Source of the DNA: Cyanobacteria bacterium M_DeepCast_100m_m1_067
GTDB lineage: Bacteria; Cyanobacteriota; Cyanobacteriia; PCC-6307; Cyanobiaceae
Assembly: GCA_016882385.1 (NCBI GenBank)
Contig: VGQC01000001.1
Location: forward strand, 6,081 to 70,080
DNA: 64,000 nt
Direction: 5' to 3'
Positions within the stretch are counted from its first letter, which is position 1. Each line of letters opens with the position of its first letter. Below the pieces are notes generated by a model, which was not told the origin of the DNA, did no database searches, and saw only the letters and a list, made by a program, of their open reading frames with translations. This document shows, one piece after another, positions 19,284 to 28,935 of this stretch. The position numbers and the translations under genes were made by a program.

Positions 19284-20369
19284 TCAGGGTGCCAGCCGTT
19301 GGCGTTTCCATGGATCCAGGATGTCGTGGATCAGCAGGTCGCGCACGATCACCTGCAGACACACCGCCAGGGGCAGGGCGAGCAGCAGGCCCAGGGGGCC
19401 GAACACCACCGTGAACAGCAGCTGGGCCGTGAGGGTGAGGCCGGGCAGAAGCCGCAGCTGGTGGTGCATCACTGACGGAGTGATCAGGTAGCTCTCGAGG
19501 TTTTGGACGGCGATGTAGAGCACCAGCACCGCTGCCGCTTTCCACGGGGCATCGAGCAGAGCGACAGACATCGGAAAGATGGTGCTGAGGGTTGGACCCA
19601 CGTTGGGAATGATGTTGAGCAATCCCGCCAGCAGCGCATTAGCGGCCACCAACTTCACACCCAGCAGGCTCAGGCCGATGGCCGCCAGGATGCCCACACA
19701 CAGGGAGCTGATCAGCACCCCCACCATCCAGCCACTCAGGGCCTCCCCGCACTGCACCAGCACCTGGCGGAAACGGCGCCGATAAAACGAGGGCACCAGC
19801 AATACGGCCACCTCGCGATAGGCGACGGGTTGCACCGCCACCATCAGGGCCACGGCAAACACAAACAGGGTTTGCAGCAAGCCGCTGCCCAAGCCGCCTG
19901 CCAGCCCCACCAGCCGCAGGGCACCGGACCCCAGGCTGCCGCCAAGGCCAGAAGACAACCAGCTGGATGCTTCGCTTCCGCCGATCAGGCCATTGCGCAG
20001 CCACGACAATCCCCCTTCACGGGTGCCGTACAGCATCTGACTCACCCCAGCCAGGCCACCACGCAGGAGCTCCAACAGGGTTTCGGCGGCTGCCGGCAAT
20101 TTGCTCAGCAGCTGGCCGAACTGGTCGACGAACGGAGGAATCACTGCCGTGGCCACCACCGCCAGCACCAGGGTCACCGTGCCCAGGCTGAGCAACAGAG
20201 CAACCGCACGGGAGCAGCCCAGGCGGGTCTGGATGGCACCCACCAGGGTGCAGAGCGCCATCGCCAAGACCACGGCGGCGAACAGATGCATCAGGCTCTG
20301 GCGCAGGTTCCAGAGCAGCACCAGGGCTGCCACCAGCGCCAATAGCCCCAGCCATTGGCCAAATTTCAA
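19284..20369 (-). CDS. AI-2E (UPF0118) family transporter, tandem paralog
   Basis: TTG start (M)KFGQWLG; GLLNIIPNVGP, QNLESYLITP, GLLLALPL. Confidence 0.9.
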   Translation of the reverse strand: MKFGQWLGLLALVAALVLLWNLRQSLMHLFAAVVLAMALCTLVGAIQTRLGCSRAVALLLSLGTVTLVLAVVATAVIPPFVDQFGQLLSKLPAAAETLLELLRGGLAGVSQMLYGTREGGLSWLRNGLIGGSEASSWLSSGLGGSLGSGALRLVGLAGGLGSGLLQTLFVFAVALMVAVQPVAYREVAVLLVPSFYRRRFRQVLVQCGEALSGWMVGVLISSLCVGILAAIGLSLLGVKLVAANALLAGLLNIIPNVGPTLSTIFPMSVALLDAPWKAAAVLVLYIAVQNLESYLITPSVMHHQLRLLPGLTLTAQLLFTVVFGPLGLLLALPLAVCLQVIVRDLLIHDILDPWKRQRLAP

Positions 20370-20373
20370 GGGA

Positions 20374-20745
20374 TCAGGCCTCGTCCTGCTCCGCCTGATC
20401 TTCGCCCTGGTTGTTCGAGAAACCGAGTTCGTGACTGTCGGCGTAACGCTGGGCAAAGCGCATGAAGCGCTCGAAGTCTTCGGTGCTCTTCCAGGTGTAG
20501 GTGCACTCGAGGGCGCTGGCCTTGCCATTGACAAAGCGGGCCTTGACCTCGCGGGTCACCAGCTCGCCCTCCTCATCCACCAGAAACATTCCGGTGATGT
20601 CGCCCATGCTCTCGGGGGCGAGGGCATCGGGCTCTTCGAACACGAACAGGGCCTGGCCGGTGCGGCCATCGCGGGAGCGGGTCAGGCGGATATCGGGCAC
20701 GACCGGCTCATCCACCCCGCGGAAGAACTGAATGGCGGCGCCCAT
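20374..20745 (-). CDS. psb28: photosystem II assembly factor Psb28
   Basis: [29 protein letters not shown]...[11 protein letters not shown]. Confidence 0.95.
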   Translation of the reverse strand: MGAAIQFFRGVDEPVVPDIRLTRSRDGRTGQALFVFEEPDALAPESMGDITGMFLVDEEGELVTREVKARFVNGKASALECTYTWKSTEDFERFMRFAQRYADSHELGFSNNQGEDQAEQDEA

Positions 20746-20769
20746 GGCAAGCGGGGACAAAAATCAATC

Positions 20770-21837
20770 CTAGGAGCCGGCCCCTGAGAGGGCCGCAGTT
20801 GCAACACTGCGGTCCGCTGCCTCCTGCAGCAGCCGGCTGGCGGCGGCATCGCCAGCGATTCCCGCCAGGTCAACGCTGGTGAGCACCGGGCTGTCCCGGC
20901 GGCTCAACTCGTGGTCGTAGCAGCGGTCGTAGTAGTCGAGCATCTGCACGCAGGCGCCGGCCCAGTCGCAGCGGTCGATCGCCTCCAGCGCCGTGGCGGT
21001 GCGCTGGGGACCCAGCCGCCGGGCGATTCGTTCGGTGGCCTGGCGCAGGGCCTCCTGCCCCTGGCTGCCATACACCGCCACGAGCTGGTCAACCCGCTCC
21101 GCCAGCGGGCGCAGGATTTCGATTGCGGGTGCCTCCCCCATCTGGCGCCACAGGCCGGCGGGGATCCGGCAGCGGCCAACCTGGGCGCTTTCCGCCTCCA
21201 CCCAGATCGGCGCCTGGCCTTCGAGCTCCTGCAGGCTGGCCGCAAGGCGATTTTCGTAGTGCTCGCTACTGGGTTGGGCCGGCAGCCCCAAGCCGCCAAA
21301 ACTGCTGCCTCGGTGGTGGGCAAGGCCCTCCAGATCCACCACGGCTGCTCCCTGACGCCGCAGCGCCAGCAGCAGATCGGTCTTGCCGGTGCCGGTGCGT
21401 CCGCCCAGCACCAGCAGCGGCCAGGGTCGCTCGAAGCTGTCCAGCACCCAGCGGCGATAGGCCTTGTAGCCACCCTCAAGCAGCTGCACCGGCAACTCCA
21501 GGGTGCTGGCCAGCCAGGCGACGCTGCCGGAGCGCATGCCGCCTCGCCAGCAGTGAATCCGCAGGGGTGTGTTGTGCTGACCCAGACGACGCAGCTCCTG
21601 GCCCAGCGCTGCCAACTTGGGACCCACCAGCTCCAGCCCCAGCTGGATTGCCGCAGGGCGGCCCTCGTGCTTGTAGCAGGTGCCGACCTGGGCCCTCTCG
21701 TCATCGCTGAACAGGGGGAGGTTGTGGGCGCCAGGGATGTGGCCCTGGGCAAATTCCTGGGGACTGCGTACATCGACGATGGGTCCGCCTGCTGCCAGGA
21801 AAGCGGCCACGGTGAGGGGGGGGCTGGCGCCCGGCAT
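20770..21837 (-). CDS. mnmH: tRNA 2-selenouridine synthase
   Basis: Rhodanese domain DVRSP.EF..GHIPGA / CWRGGMRS plus P-loop GRTGTGKT and DLEGLAHHRGSSFG. Confidence 0.92.
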   Translation of the reverse strand: MPGASPPLTVAAFLAAGGPIVDVRSPQEFAQGHIPGAHNLPLFSDDERAQVGTCYKHEGRPAAIQLGLELVGPKLAALGQELRRLGQHNTPLRIHCWRGGMRSGSVAWLASTLELPVQLLEGGYKAYRRWVLDSFERPWPLLVLGGRTGTGKTDLLLALRRQGAAVVDLEGLAHHRGSSFGGLGLPAQPSSEHYENRLAASLQELEGQAPIWVEAESAQVGRCRIPAGLWRQMGEAPAIEILRPLAERVDQLVAVYGSQGQEALRQATERIARRLGPQRTATALEAIDRCDWAGACVQMLDYYDRCYDHELSRRDSPVLTSVDLAGIAGDAAASRLLQEAADRSVATAALSGAGS

Positions 21838-21904
21838 CGTTGTTGTGGATCTCTGCTGACATAGTGGGCCCACGCTGGTTCCGCTTCAGGCTCCGACCCC
21901 TTCC

Positions 21905-22633
21905 ATGCTTTCCGGTCCTCCGGTCACCGCCACCACTAGCGCCAGCCCCGAGTCTCTGCTTGAGCGCTTTCAGAGCGGCAATCCCCGACAGCGTCGGGCC
22001 CTGCTGGCCGCCCTGCATGAGCAGAGGCAGGCCCTGCGGCCGCTCCTCGCCGACCACCTGGCTGGCCTCGACGCCACCGGTGACGACTGGGCCGCCGGCT
22101 TCCTGATCCAGTTGTTGCTCGACGAGAGCGACGCCCTGCGGGACGCGTTCCTGGCTCGGTATCCCGAGGGCTGGCTGGCCACGGTGTCGGCACGGGGACT
22201 CGACTACGCGCCGCTGCAACAGGCCTTGATGGCCCAACAGTTCGAGGAGGCCGATCGGATCACCAGTGCCCTGCTCCGGGAGCTGGCCGGGCCGGATGCG
22301 GTGCGCCGGGGCTATGTGTATTACAGCGAGGTGCCGCCGATGCCGTCGGCCGATCTCGACAGCCTGGATCGCCTCTGGGTGTGTTTTTCGCGCGGGCGTT
22401 TCGGGTTTTCGGTGCAGGGGCGACTGCTGCGCAGCTGCAACGCCCGCTGGGAGCTGCTTTGGCCCAAGTTGGCCTGGAAGGATGGGGGCAGGTGGACCCG
22501 CTACCCAGGCTCCTTCCAGTGGTCCATTGATGCGCCCGAGGGGCACATGCCCCTGGTGAACCAGCTGCGCGGGGTGCGGTTGATGGATGCCCTGCTCAAC
22601 CATCCCGCTCTGCAACAGCGCATCAACGCCTGA
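21905..22633 (+). CDS. gun4: GUN4 (Ycf53) Mg-chelatase activator
   Basis: DYAPLQQAL..QQFEEADRIT, DLDSLDRLW..SRGRFGFSVQ, APEGHMPLVNQLRG. Confidence 0.92.
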   Translation: MLSGPPVTATTSASPESLLERFQSGNPRQRRALLAALHEQRQALRPLLADHLAGLDATGDDWAAGFLIQLLLDESDALRDAFLARYPEGWLATVSARGLDYAPLQQALMAQQFEEADRITSALLRELAGPDAVRRGYVYYSEVPPMPSADLDSLDRLWVCFSRGRFGFSVQGRLLRSCNARWELLWPKLAWKDGGRWTRYPGSFQWSIDAPEGHMPLVNQLRGVRLMDALLNHPALQQRINA

Positions 22634-22688
22634 GCGCGGGTGCCGGCAGCGGCGTAGGGTCGAATCGGCTCCTGCGGATCCCAGCCGG

Positions 22689-23126
22689 ATGGCGCTGCGC
22701 TGGTCAGATTTCATCACGCCTTCCACCCTGCAGCTCGCTCCGCTGCTGGAGCTGCTGATTGAGCCGATCCGCTGCCTGCAGCTTCAAAGCCAGGTGCAGC
22801 TGGGCCTCCAGGAGGCGCTGGTCAACGCCGTGCGCCATGGCAATGGTTGCGATCCGGCCAAGTGCCTGCGGGTGCGGCGCATTGAAACCCCGCGCTGGTT
22901 GGTGTGGCAGGTGCAGGATGAAGGGCCGGGGCTGCCCCCGGATGCTCGCACCACGTCCCTGCCGGAGCAGCTCGACGCCACCGGCGGACGGGGCCTCTTC
23001 TTGATCCACACCTGTTTTGACGACGTGCGCTGGAGCAGCCGCGGGAACCGGCTGCAACTGGCCGTCAGTCGCCAGCGGGCTGTGGTGCTGTCGCCGGTCG
23101 GTGGCTGGGGCAACCGGGGTCGCTGA
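22689..23126 (+). CDS. RsbW/anti-sigma-like HATPase_c protein
   Basis: GLQEALVNAVRHGN (N box), QDEGPG (G1), GGRGLFLI (G2). Confidence 0.85.
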   Translation: MALRWSDFITPSTLQLAPLLELLIEPIRCLQLQSQVQLGLQEALVNAVRHGNGCDPAKCLRVRRIETPRWLVWQVQDEGPGLPPDARTTSLPEQLDATGGRGLFLIHTCFDDVRWSSRGNRLQLAVSRQRAVVLSPVGGWGNRGR

Positions 23127-23418
23127 GCTCCCCCCGCAACCAGCCCAGCCCGTGTTCCACCAGTTCGATGGCCTGCTGGCGGGCGGCACTGGCCTGGGGG
23201 GCGCCGGGATCATCGCCGCCCAGCAGGAGCACCAGGGCAGCAGCCAGCTGCTCCGCTCCCCGTCGGGGCCGCTGGGCCTTGAGGGCGTGCCAATCGCGAT
23301 CGCCGATGGCCAGTTGGCGTTGAAGGGCCACGGCCTGATCCAGGGCTCCCTCAGGCCAGCACCGGGATGGCTTGGGCGGCAGGGTGGGCACTGGACGTTT
23401 GTTCACGGCAGGCCCCAT
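23065..23418 (-). CDS. DUF6439-like conserved hypothetical protein
   Basis: LQRQLAIGDRDWHALK...RRGAEQLAAAL...LGWLRGELSDPGCPSH. Start uncertain. Confidence 0.75.
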   Translation of the reverse strand: MGPAVNKRPVPTLPPKPSRCWPEGALDQAVALQRQLAIGDRDWHALKAQRPRRGAEQLAAALVLLLGGDDPGAPQASAARQQAIELVEHGLGWLRGELSDPGCPSHRPATAPQPAGD

Positions 23419-23452
23419 CCTGATGCCACTGCTGCGCTGCTGTGAGCTGGCC

Positions 23453-23722
23453 ATGCCGAGCCGACCCCTGGGCCACCACCTGGTTCGCCAGCCGATCCGG
23501 CTGCTGCACCTCCTGGACGGCCTGTTCACCCAGGCCTCGCTGACGCGCCACAGCTCGGGGGTGACCCAGCGGCGCCAGCGCCAGCGCCTGGCCCTCACCC
23601 AGCGCCTGCTGGATCCGTTGCCGGAGCCTTTGGCACCCCCGAACCGGGTGGAGGTGTTGTTCTGGCGTGGGCTGCGCTGGGCGACCGCCGGATTGCTGCT
23701 GGCCTGGTGGCTGAAGCGTTAA
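23453..23722 (+). CDS. hypothetical protein with C-terminal membrane anchor
   Basis: QPIRLLHLLDGL...FWRGLRWATAGLLLAWWLKR. Start uncertain. Confidence 0.6.
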   Translation: MPSRPLGHHLVRQPIRLLHLLDGLFTQASLTRHSSGVTQRRQRQRLALTQRLLDPLPEPLAPPNRVEVLFWRGLRWATAGLLLAWWLKR

Positions 23723-24777
23723 CGCGGTTTACGCGCTGTCCAGATCCGCGTCATGAAGTGGGATTCGGCGGCGACGGCTTCAAATCCTGCCTTGCGCATG
23801 CGGCCGTCGATGTCGTCGCTGATGTAGTCGCGGTAGTAGGGCTCGTGGAACACGCGCCGGAAGTTTTCCATCGCGGCGCTGAATTGGGGGGAATCGGCCA
23901 GCTGCACCGAGTCGGCCAGCACCATCACGCCACCGGGCTCGAGCACGCGGTAGGCCTCATCGATCACCGCTTGGCGAGCGTCTCCTGGTAGCTCGTGAAA
24001 CAGGAACACGCAGGTCAGGCCCTGGAACGTGGCCTCCGCGAACGGCATGCTTTCACCATTGCCCTGCACAAGCTGGGGCAGCTCGCCCGCCAACTGACTG
24101 AGCCATTTATTGGCCTGGCGCAGGTACGCCGTGGAGAGATCTACGCCCACCAGCTGTGCCTGGGGGAGGGCGGCCCGGATCTGGCGCAGGGTGCGGCCGG
24201 TGCCGGTGGCCACATCCAGCACCCGGATCTGGCTGGCGGGCCGTTCCGCAAAGGCCTTGATGCCCCGCAGCAGGGGAGCCAGCACCCGCCGCCGCATCGG
24301 ATCGGCGGTGCCGTTGAACAGGATCTCCACCTGCAGGTCGTAGAGGGCGGCGGAGTGGTCGCTCAGGTAGCCGTCGGTCTGGTGGTGAAAGTTCTGGAGG
24401 TAATAGTCGGGGTAGGCGGCCGGGTCCACATCCTCGGGCAGATCACGCACGTTGCGCTCGCTGCGGCGGGTCCAGGTGCTGGGCATGTCCAGCCACACCA
24501 GCGGGTAGCGGCTGGCCCAGTCGAGCCAGGGGGCATCGAACAGCAACGACGCTGGATACAGACCTTGCTCCGCCTCCTGCCAATCTCGCTCGTGTAGGGC
24601 GTCCATCGACTGCTTGAGCCGGCCCATCAATTCCGGCGGCACCGGCACGGTTTTCGGGCTGCCATCCGGGGCCAGCAACCCCATGAGTCGGGTGCTCACC
24701 TCCTTGTGGGTCAAGCCCAGCAAAGCCTTGCCCTGCTGCATGGTTTGGTAGGCCAGCTTGGTGAGCTGATCGGGCAT
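23719..24777 (-). CDS. class I SAM-dependent methyltransferase
   Basis: YPDYYLQNFHHQTDGYLS, VLDVATGTG, FLFHELP. Confidence 0.9.
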   Translation of the reverse strand: MPDQLTKLAYQTMQQGKALLGLTHKEVSTRLMGLLAPDGSPKTVPVPPELMGRLKQSMDALHERDWQEAEQGLYPASLLFDAPWLDWASRYPLVWLDMPSTWTRRSERNVRDLPEDVDPAAYPDYYLQNFHHQTDGYLSDHSAALYDLQVEILFNGTADPMRRRVLAPLLRGIKAFAERPASQIRVLDVATGTGRTLRQIRAALPQAQLVGVDLSTAYLRQANKWLSQLAGELPQLVQGNGESMPFAEATFQGLTCVFLFHELPGDARQAVIDEAYRVLEPGGVMVLADSVQLADSPQFSAAMENFRRVFHEPYYRDYISDDIDGRMRKAGFEAVAAESHFMTRIWTARKPR

Positions 24778-24940
24778 GGCTGGGCAATCGCGTTCTGCCA
24801 TTCCAGCCGATTGCCCTGGCGAGCGCGAGCAGCGACGATCTGGTGGGAAGGAGCGATCCAGGCATACCCCGTCGTTTACAGCGCTTGTTAGGCGGGTTTG
24901 CCGATTTGTCTTTGGAGTTGGCAGATCCACTTCCAGCATC

Positions 24941-24969
24941 AAAAAAGCCCCAGCCAAAGGGCCGGGGCT
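24941..24969 (-). terminator. rho-independent terminator of glnA
   Basis: Minus strand AGCCCCGGCC-CTTT-GGCTGGGGCT hairpin followed by a T-run, about 30 nt after the glnA stop. Confidence 0.85.
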
Positions 24970-25001
24970 CTGGGGTTGAGCGCGTTGCGGGAGAGCCTCG
25001 A

Positions 25002-26420
25002 TCAGGCGTCGTAATACATCACGAACTCGTGGGGGTGGGGCCGCTGGCGCAGCTGCTGCACCTCCTCGTATTTAAGGGCGATCCAGTTGTTGATGAAGTC
25101 TTCGGTGAAGACGCCGCCGGCCAGCAGGTAGTCCTTGTCGGCATCGAGAGCTTCGAGGGCCCCGTTGAGGGAGGCGGGCACGGTGGAGATCTTGGCCAAC
25201 TCCTCCGCCGAGAGCTCAAATAGATCGACGTCGGTGCCATCGCCTGGATCGATCTGGTTTTTGATGCCGTCGATGCCAGCCATCAGCATGGCGGCAAAGC
25301 CCAAGTAGGGGTTCGAGAGGGCATCGCCAGAGCGGAACTCCAGACGCTTGGCCTTTGGACTGGGTCCGGTGAGCGGGATGCGCACAGCCGCGGAGCGGTT
25401 GCCCTGGGAATACACCAGGTTGACCGGAGCTTCGAAGCCCGGCACCAAACGCTTGTAGCTGTTGGTGGTGGGGTTGGTGAAAGCCAGGAAGCTGGGGGCG
25501 TGCTTGAGCAGGCCACCGATGTACCAGCGGGCGGTTTGCGAGAGGTTGGCGTAGGTGCCTTCACCGAAGAACAGCGGGTTGCCGCCCTTCCAGAGGCTCT
25601 GGTGCACGTGCATGCCGCTGCCGTTGTCGGCAAACACCGGCTTGGGCATGAAGGTGGCCGTCTTGCCGTACTTCTTGGCGACGTTGCGCACCACATATTT
25701 GTAGATCATCACGTTGTCGGCCGCGCTGATCAGCTCGGCAAACTTGATCCCTAGTTCATGCTGGGCCGTGGCCACTTCGTGGTGCTGCTTCTCGATCGGC
25801 ACACCCAGGCTGCCCATGGTCAGCAACATTTCGGTGCGCATGTCCTGAAGGGTGTCGTTGGGCGACACCGGAAAGTAGCCCTCCTTCAGCTGGATCTTGT
25901 AGGCCAGGTTGCCGCCTTCCTCGAGCCGGGGGGTGTTCCAGGGGGCTTCGATCGAATCGACGCTGTAGAAGCTGCTGCCACTACCGGAGGTGTAGCGCAC
26001 ATCGTCGAAGACGAAGAACTCAGGCTCTGGGCCGAAGTAGGCGGTGTCCGCGATGCCGGTGGAGCCGAGGTAATTGAGCGCCTTTTGAGCCAGAGCGCGG
26101 GGGCAGCGGGCATAGGGCTGCCCGCTGCGGGGCTCCTGGATCGAGCAGATCAGGCTGAGAGTTTTGTGGCTGTAGAAGGGGTCGATCCAGGCGGTGTTCG
26201 GATCCGGCACCATCGCCATGTCCGATTCGTTGATCGCCTTCCAGCCGCGGATCGAGGAGCCGTCGAAGGCCACACCTTCGCTGAAGGCGGCTTCATCAAT
26301 CAGGTCGTTGCAGACCGTCAGGTGCTGCCATTTGCCGTGCAGGTCGACAAATTTGAGGTCGATCAGCTCGATGCCCTCGTCTTTGATCTGACGAAGGACC
26401 TCTTGGGCTGTTTTGGCCAT
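25002..26420 (-). CDS. glnA: glutamine synthetase type I
   Basis: [51 protein letters not shown]. Confidence 0.99.
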   Translation of the reverse strand: MAKTAQEVLRQIKDEGIELIDLKFVDLHGKWQHLTVCNDLIDEAAFSEGVAFDGSSIRGWKAINESDMAMVPDPNTAWIDPFYSHKTLSLICSIQEPRSGQPYARCPRALAQKALNYLGSTGIADTAYFGPEPEFFVFDDVRYTSGSGSSFYSVDSIEAPWNTPRLEEGGNLAYKIQLKEGYFPVSPNDTLQDMRTEMLLTMGSLGVPIEKQHHEVATAQHELGIKFAELISAADNVMIYKYVVRNVAKKYGKTATFMPKPVFADNGSGMHVHQSLWKGGNPLFFGEGTYANLSQTARWYIGGLLKHAPSFLAFTNPTTNSYKRLVPGFEAPVNLVYSQGNRSAAVRIPLTGPSPKAKRLEFRSGDALSNPYLGFAAMLMAGIDGIKNQIDPGDGTDVDLFELSAEELAKISTVPASLNGALEALDADKDYLLAGGVFTEDFINNWIALKYEEVQQLRQRPHPHEFVMYYDA

Positions 26421-26464
26421 GACGAACAAAAGGGTGGGTGCCGCCCTGGTCGCGGCGTGGCGGG

Positions 26465-26506
26465 ACCGTACGGATCACCCTGGTGCCGCTGTGTAGCGCT
26501 TGTAAC
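26465..26506 (-). promoter_or_regulatory. NtcA-activated promoter of glnA
   Basis: Minus strand GTT-ACAAGCGC-TAC (one mismatch to GTA-N8-TAC), 22 nt spacer, then TACGGT (TAN3T). Canonical NtcA class II geometry. Confidence 0.8.
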
Positions 26507-26628
26507 CAAATGGCGGGCAGCGCTTGCGTAACCGTTTCTGTCAACTTCCCCAAAACGCGCCCCTGGCCTGGGATTTGGCCAAATGTGAGTGCTACGTTCC
26601 GGTGCAGGTGCGTCGATTCGATCCCGCC

Positions 26629-27147
26629 ATGCGCGATGCCATCACTGGTCTGATTGGCCGTTACGACCAGCTCGGCCGCTATCTGGACCGGGACGCGATT
26701 GACCGGATCTCGGTCTACTACTCCGAGGCGGAGGTGCGTCTCGCGGCCGTGGAACTGATCAACCGGGAAGCGGCGGCGATCGTGCGGGAAGCGGCCCAGC
26801 GCCTCTGGCTGGCGGATCCCGAACTGATCCTGCCGGGCGGCAATGCCTACACCACGCGGCGGCTCTCGGCCTGCCTGCGCGACATGGACTACTTCCTGCG
26901 TTACGCCAGCTACGCCCTCATCGCTGACGACGCATCGATTCTCAACGAGCGGGTGCTCAACGGCCTGGACGACACCTACAAGAGCCTGGGCGTCCCCACC
27001 GGCCCCACCGTGCGCAGCATCGCCCTGATGGCCGATGTGGTGTGCGAGATGTTGCTGGATTCAGGAGTAACCGCCACCGGCGTGGTGCGAGTGCCCTTCG
27101 AGCATCTCTGTCGTGGGCTTGGCGCCACAAACGTGCGTGCTCGCTAG
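26629..27147 (+). CDS. apcF: allophycocyanin beta-18 subunit
   Basis: MRDAITGLIGRYDQLGRYLD, PGGNAYTTRR, chromophore motif ACLRDMDY. Divergent from glnA. Confidence 0.93.
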   Translation: MRDAITGLIGRYDQLGRYLDRDAIDRISVYYSEAEVRLAAVELINREAAAIVREAAQRLWLADPELILPGGNAYTTRRLSACLRDMDYFLRYASYALIADDASILNERVLNGLDDTYKSLGVPTGPTVRSIALMADVVCEMLLDSGVTATGVVRVPFEHLCRGLGATNVRAR

Positions 27148-27185
27148 GCCGTTCGTCGCTGCTTAGGCTCGGCTGATCTGTCCAT

Positions 27186-28385
27186 TTGGTTTTGGTTTCC
27201 CTCCCCGTGCTGCCCCCCGTCAATTCTGCCCACCGCCGCACGCTGGGTCCCATCGCCACGCCAAACCGCCTGCTGCTCGGTCCTGGGCCCTCCAACGCCC
27301 ACCCCACCGTGCTCCAGGCCCTGGCCCGCACCCCGATTGGACACCTCGATCCGCTCTACGTGGAGCTGATGGGTGAGGTGCAGGAGCTGCTGCGGTACGC
27401 CTGGCAAACCGACAACCGCCTCACCATCCCCATGAGCGGCACCGGCAGTGCGGCCATGGAAGCCACCCTGGCCAACACGATTGAGCCCGGCGACACCGTG
27501 TTGGTGGCCATCAAGGGCTATTTCGGGCTGCGACTGGCCGACATGGCTGGCCGCTACCGGGCCAATGTCGTCACGATCGAGAAACCCTGGGGCGAGGCCT
27601 TCAGCCTGGCCGAGCTCGAGGAGGCCGTGGCCGCCCACAAGCCCAAGATCCTGGCGATCGTGCACGCCGAAACCTCCACCGGCATCTGCCAGCCCATGGA
27701 CGGGATCGGCGATCTCTGCCGCCAGCACGACTGCCTGCTGCTGCTCGATACGGTCACCTCCCTGGGTGCGGTGCCCCTCTACCTCGATGCCTGGAAGGTG
27801 GATCTCGCCTACAGCTGCAGCCAGAAGGGGCTGAGCTGCCCTCCGGGTCTCGGCCCCTTCACCATGGGTCCCCGGGCCGAGGCCAAGATGATGGCGCGCC
27901 AGGGCAAGGTGCCCAACTGGTACCTCGATGTCACCCTGCTCAACCAGTATTGGGGCAGCGACCGGGTGTATCACCACACCGCTCCGGTGAACATGAATTT
28001 CGGCATGCGCGAGGCCCTGCGCCTGCTGGCCGACGAGGGACTCGAAGCGGCCTGGGCCCGCCACCGCTGCAACGCCGAGCGTCTCTGGGCTGGGCTGGAG
28101 CGTCTCGGCCTCGAGCTCCATGCCCCCGAACACCTGCGCCTGCCCACCCTCACCACGGTGAGGATTCCGGAGGGTGTCGACGGCAAGGCCTTCACCCTGC
28201 ACCTGCTCAACCAGCACGGCATCGAAGTGGGCGGCGGCCTCGGCGCCCTGGCGGGCAAGGTGTGGCGCATTGGGCTGATGGGTTACAACAGCCAGCCTGA
28301 AAACGTCGATCAGCTGCTCAATCTGTTCGAAACCGAGCTGCCGGCTTTCCGTCCCGCCGCTGCCCCTGCTGCCGTCGCTGTCTGA
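27186..28385 (+). CDS. alanine/serine--glyoxylate aminotransferase (class V PLP)
   Basis: RLLLGPGPSN, SGTGSAAMEA, HAETSTG, SCSQKGL, YHHTAP. Confidence 0.92.
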   Translation: MVLVSLPVLPPVNSAHRRTLGPIATPNRLLLGPGPSNAHPTVLQALARTPIGHLDPLYVELMGEVQELLRYAWQTDNRLTIPMSGTGSAAMEATLANTIEPGDTVLVAIKGYFGLRLADMAGRYRANVVTIEKPWGEAFSLAELEEAVAAHKPKILAIVHAETSTGICQPMDGIGDLCRQHDCLLLLDTVTSLGAVPLYLDAWKVDLAYSCSQKGLSCPPGLGPFTMGPRAEAKMMARQGKVPNWYLDVTLLNQYWGSDRVYHHTAPVNMNFGMREALRLLADEGLEAAWARHRCNAERLWAGLERLGLELHAPEHLRLPTLTTVRIPEGVDGKAFTLHLLNQHGIEVGGGLGALAGKVWRIGLMGYNSQPENVDQLLNLFETELPAFRPAAAPAAVAV

Positions 28386-28935
28386 ACCAAGCGGCCAGCT
28401 GAAGCCCAGCCGGTTCCCCCAACACCCCGCCAATCACCCGCATGTGGTGATGGGCGCTGGCGGCGGTGGCCAGGTTGAGGCAACTGCCCAGGGCTCCGCG
28501 CTTGGGGTCCAGTGCTCCAAACACCACGGTGCCCATGCGGGCCTGCACCAGGGCACCGGCACACATCGGGCAGGGCTCCAGGCTGACCAGCAGGGTGCAG
28601 CCGTTGAAGCGCCAGTCGCCCCGCAGGCGTGCCGCCTGCCCCAGGGCCACCAGCTCGGCATGGCCGAGTGGATCGGCTTGGGCCTCGCGTCGGTTGCTGC
28701 CCCAGCCAATGCAGCGACCCGCCTCATCCAGCACCACAGCCGCTACAGGAATCTCCCCGCTGGCTCCCACCCGCTCGCTGTGGCGCAGCAGGCGCTGCAT
28801 CCATTGCTCATGCGCCCACAACGGCGCCTGCTGCGGCAGGGGCTGGGGGGCTGGGGATTGGCGGGACTCCAACGCCTGAGCAGCAGCGGCGACCACTCCC
28901 TTGTAGCCCACCTCCGCAGGTGAGAATGGAGCCAT
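28318..28935 (-). CDS. tadA: tRNA adenosine deaminase (nucleoside deaminase)
   Basis: GEIPVAAV, DPLGHAE, LEPCPMC, DPKRGA. True start may be nearer 28800-28860. Confidence 0.88.
   Translation of the reverse strand: MAPFSPAEVGYKGVVAAAAQALESRQSPAPQPLPQQAPLWAHEQWMQRLLRHSERVGASGEIPVAAVVLDEAGRCIGWGSNRREAQADPLGHAELVALGQAARLRGDWRFNGCTLLVSLEPCPMCAGALVQARMGTVVFGALDPKRGALGSCLNLATAASAHHHMRVIGGVLGEPAGLQLAAWFRQRRQQGQRRDGKPAARFRTD

Noticed and set aside
24871-24895. TTACAGCGCTTGTTA, similar to the glnA NtcA site core
   Set aside because: Lacks the GTA...TAC arms in the required arrangement.
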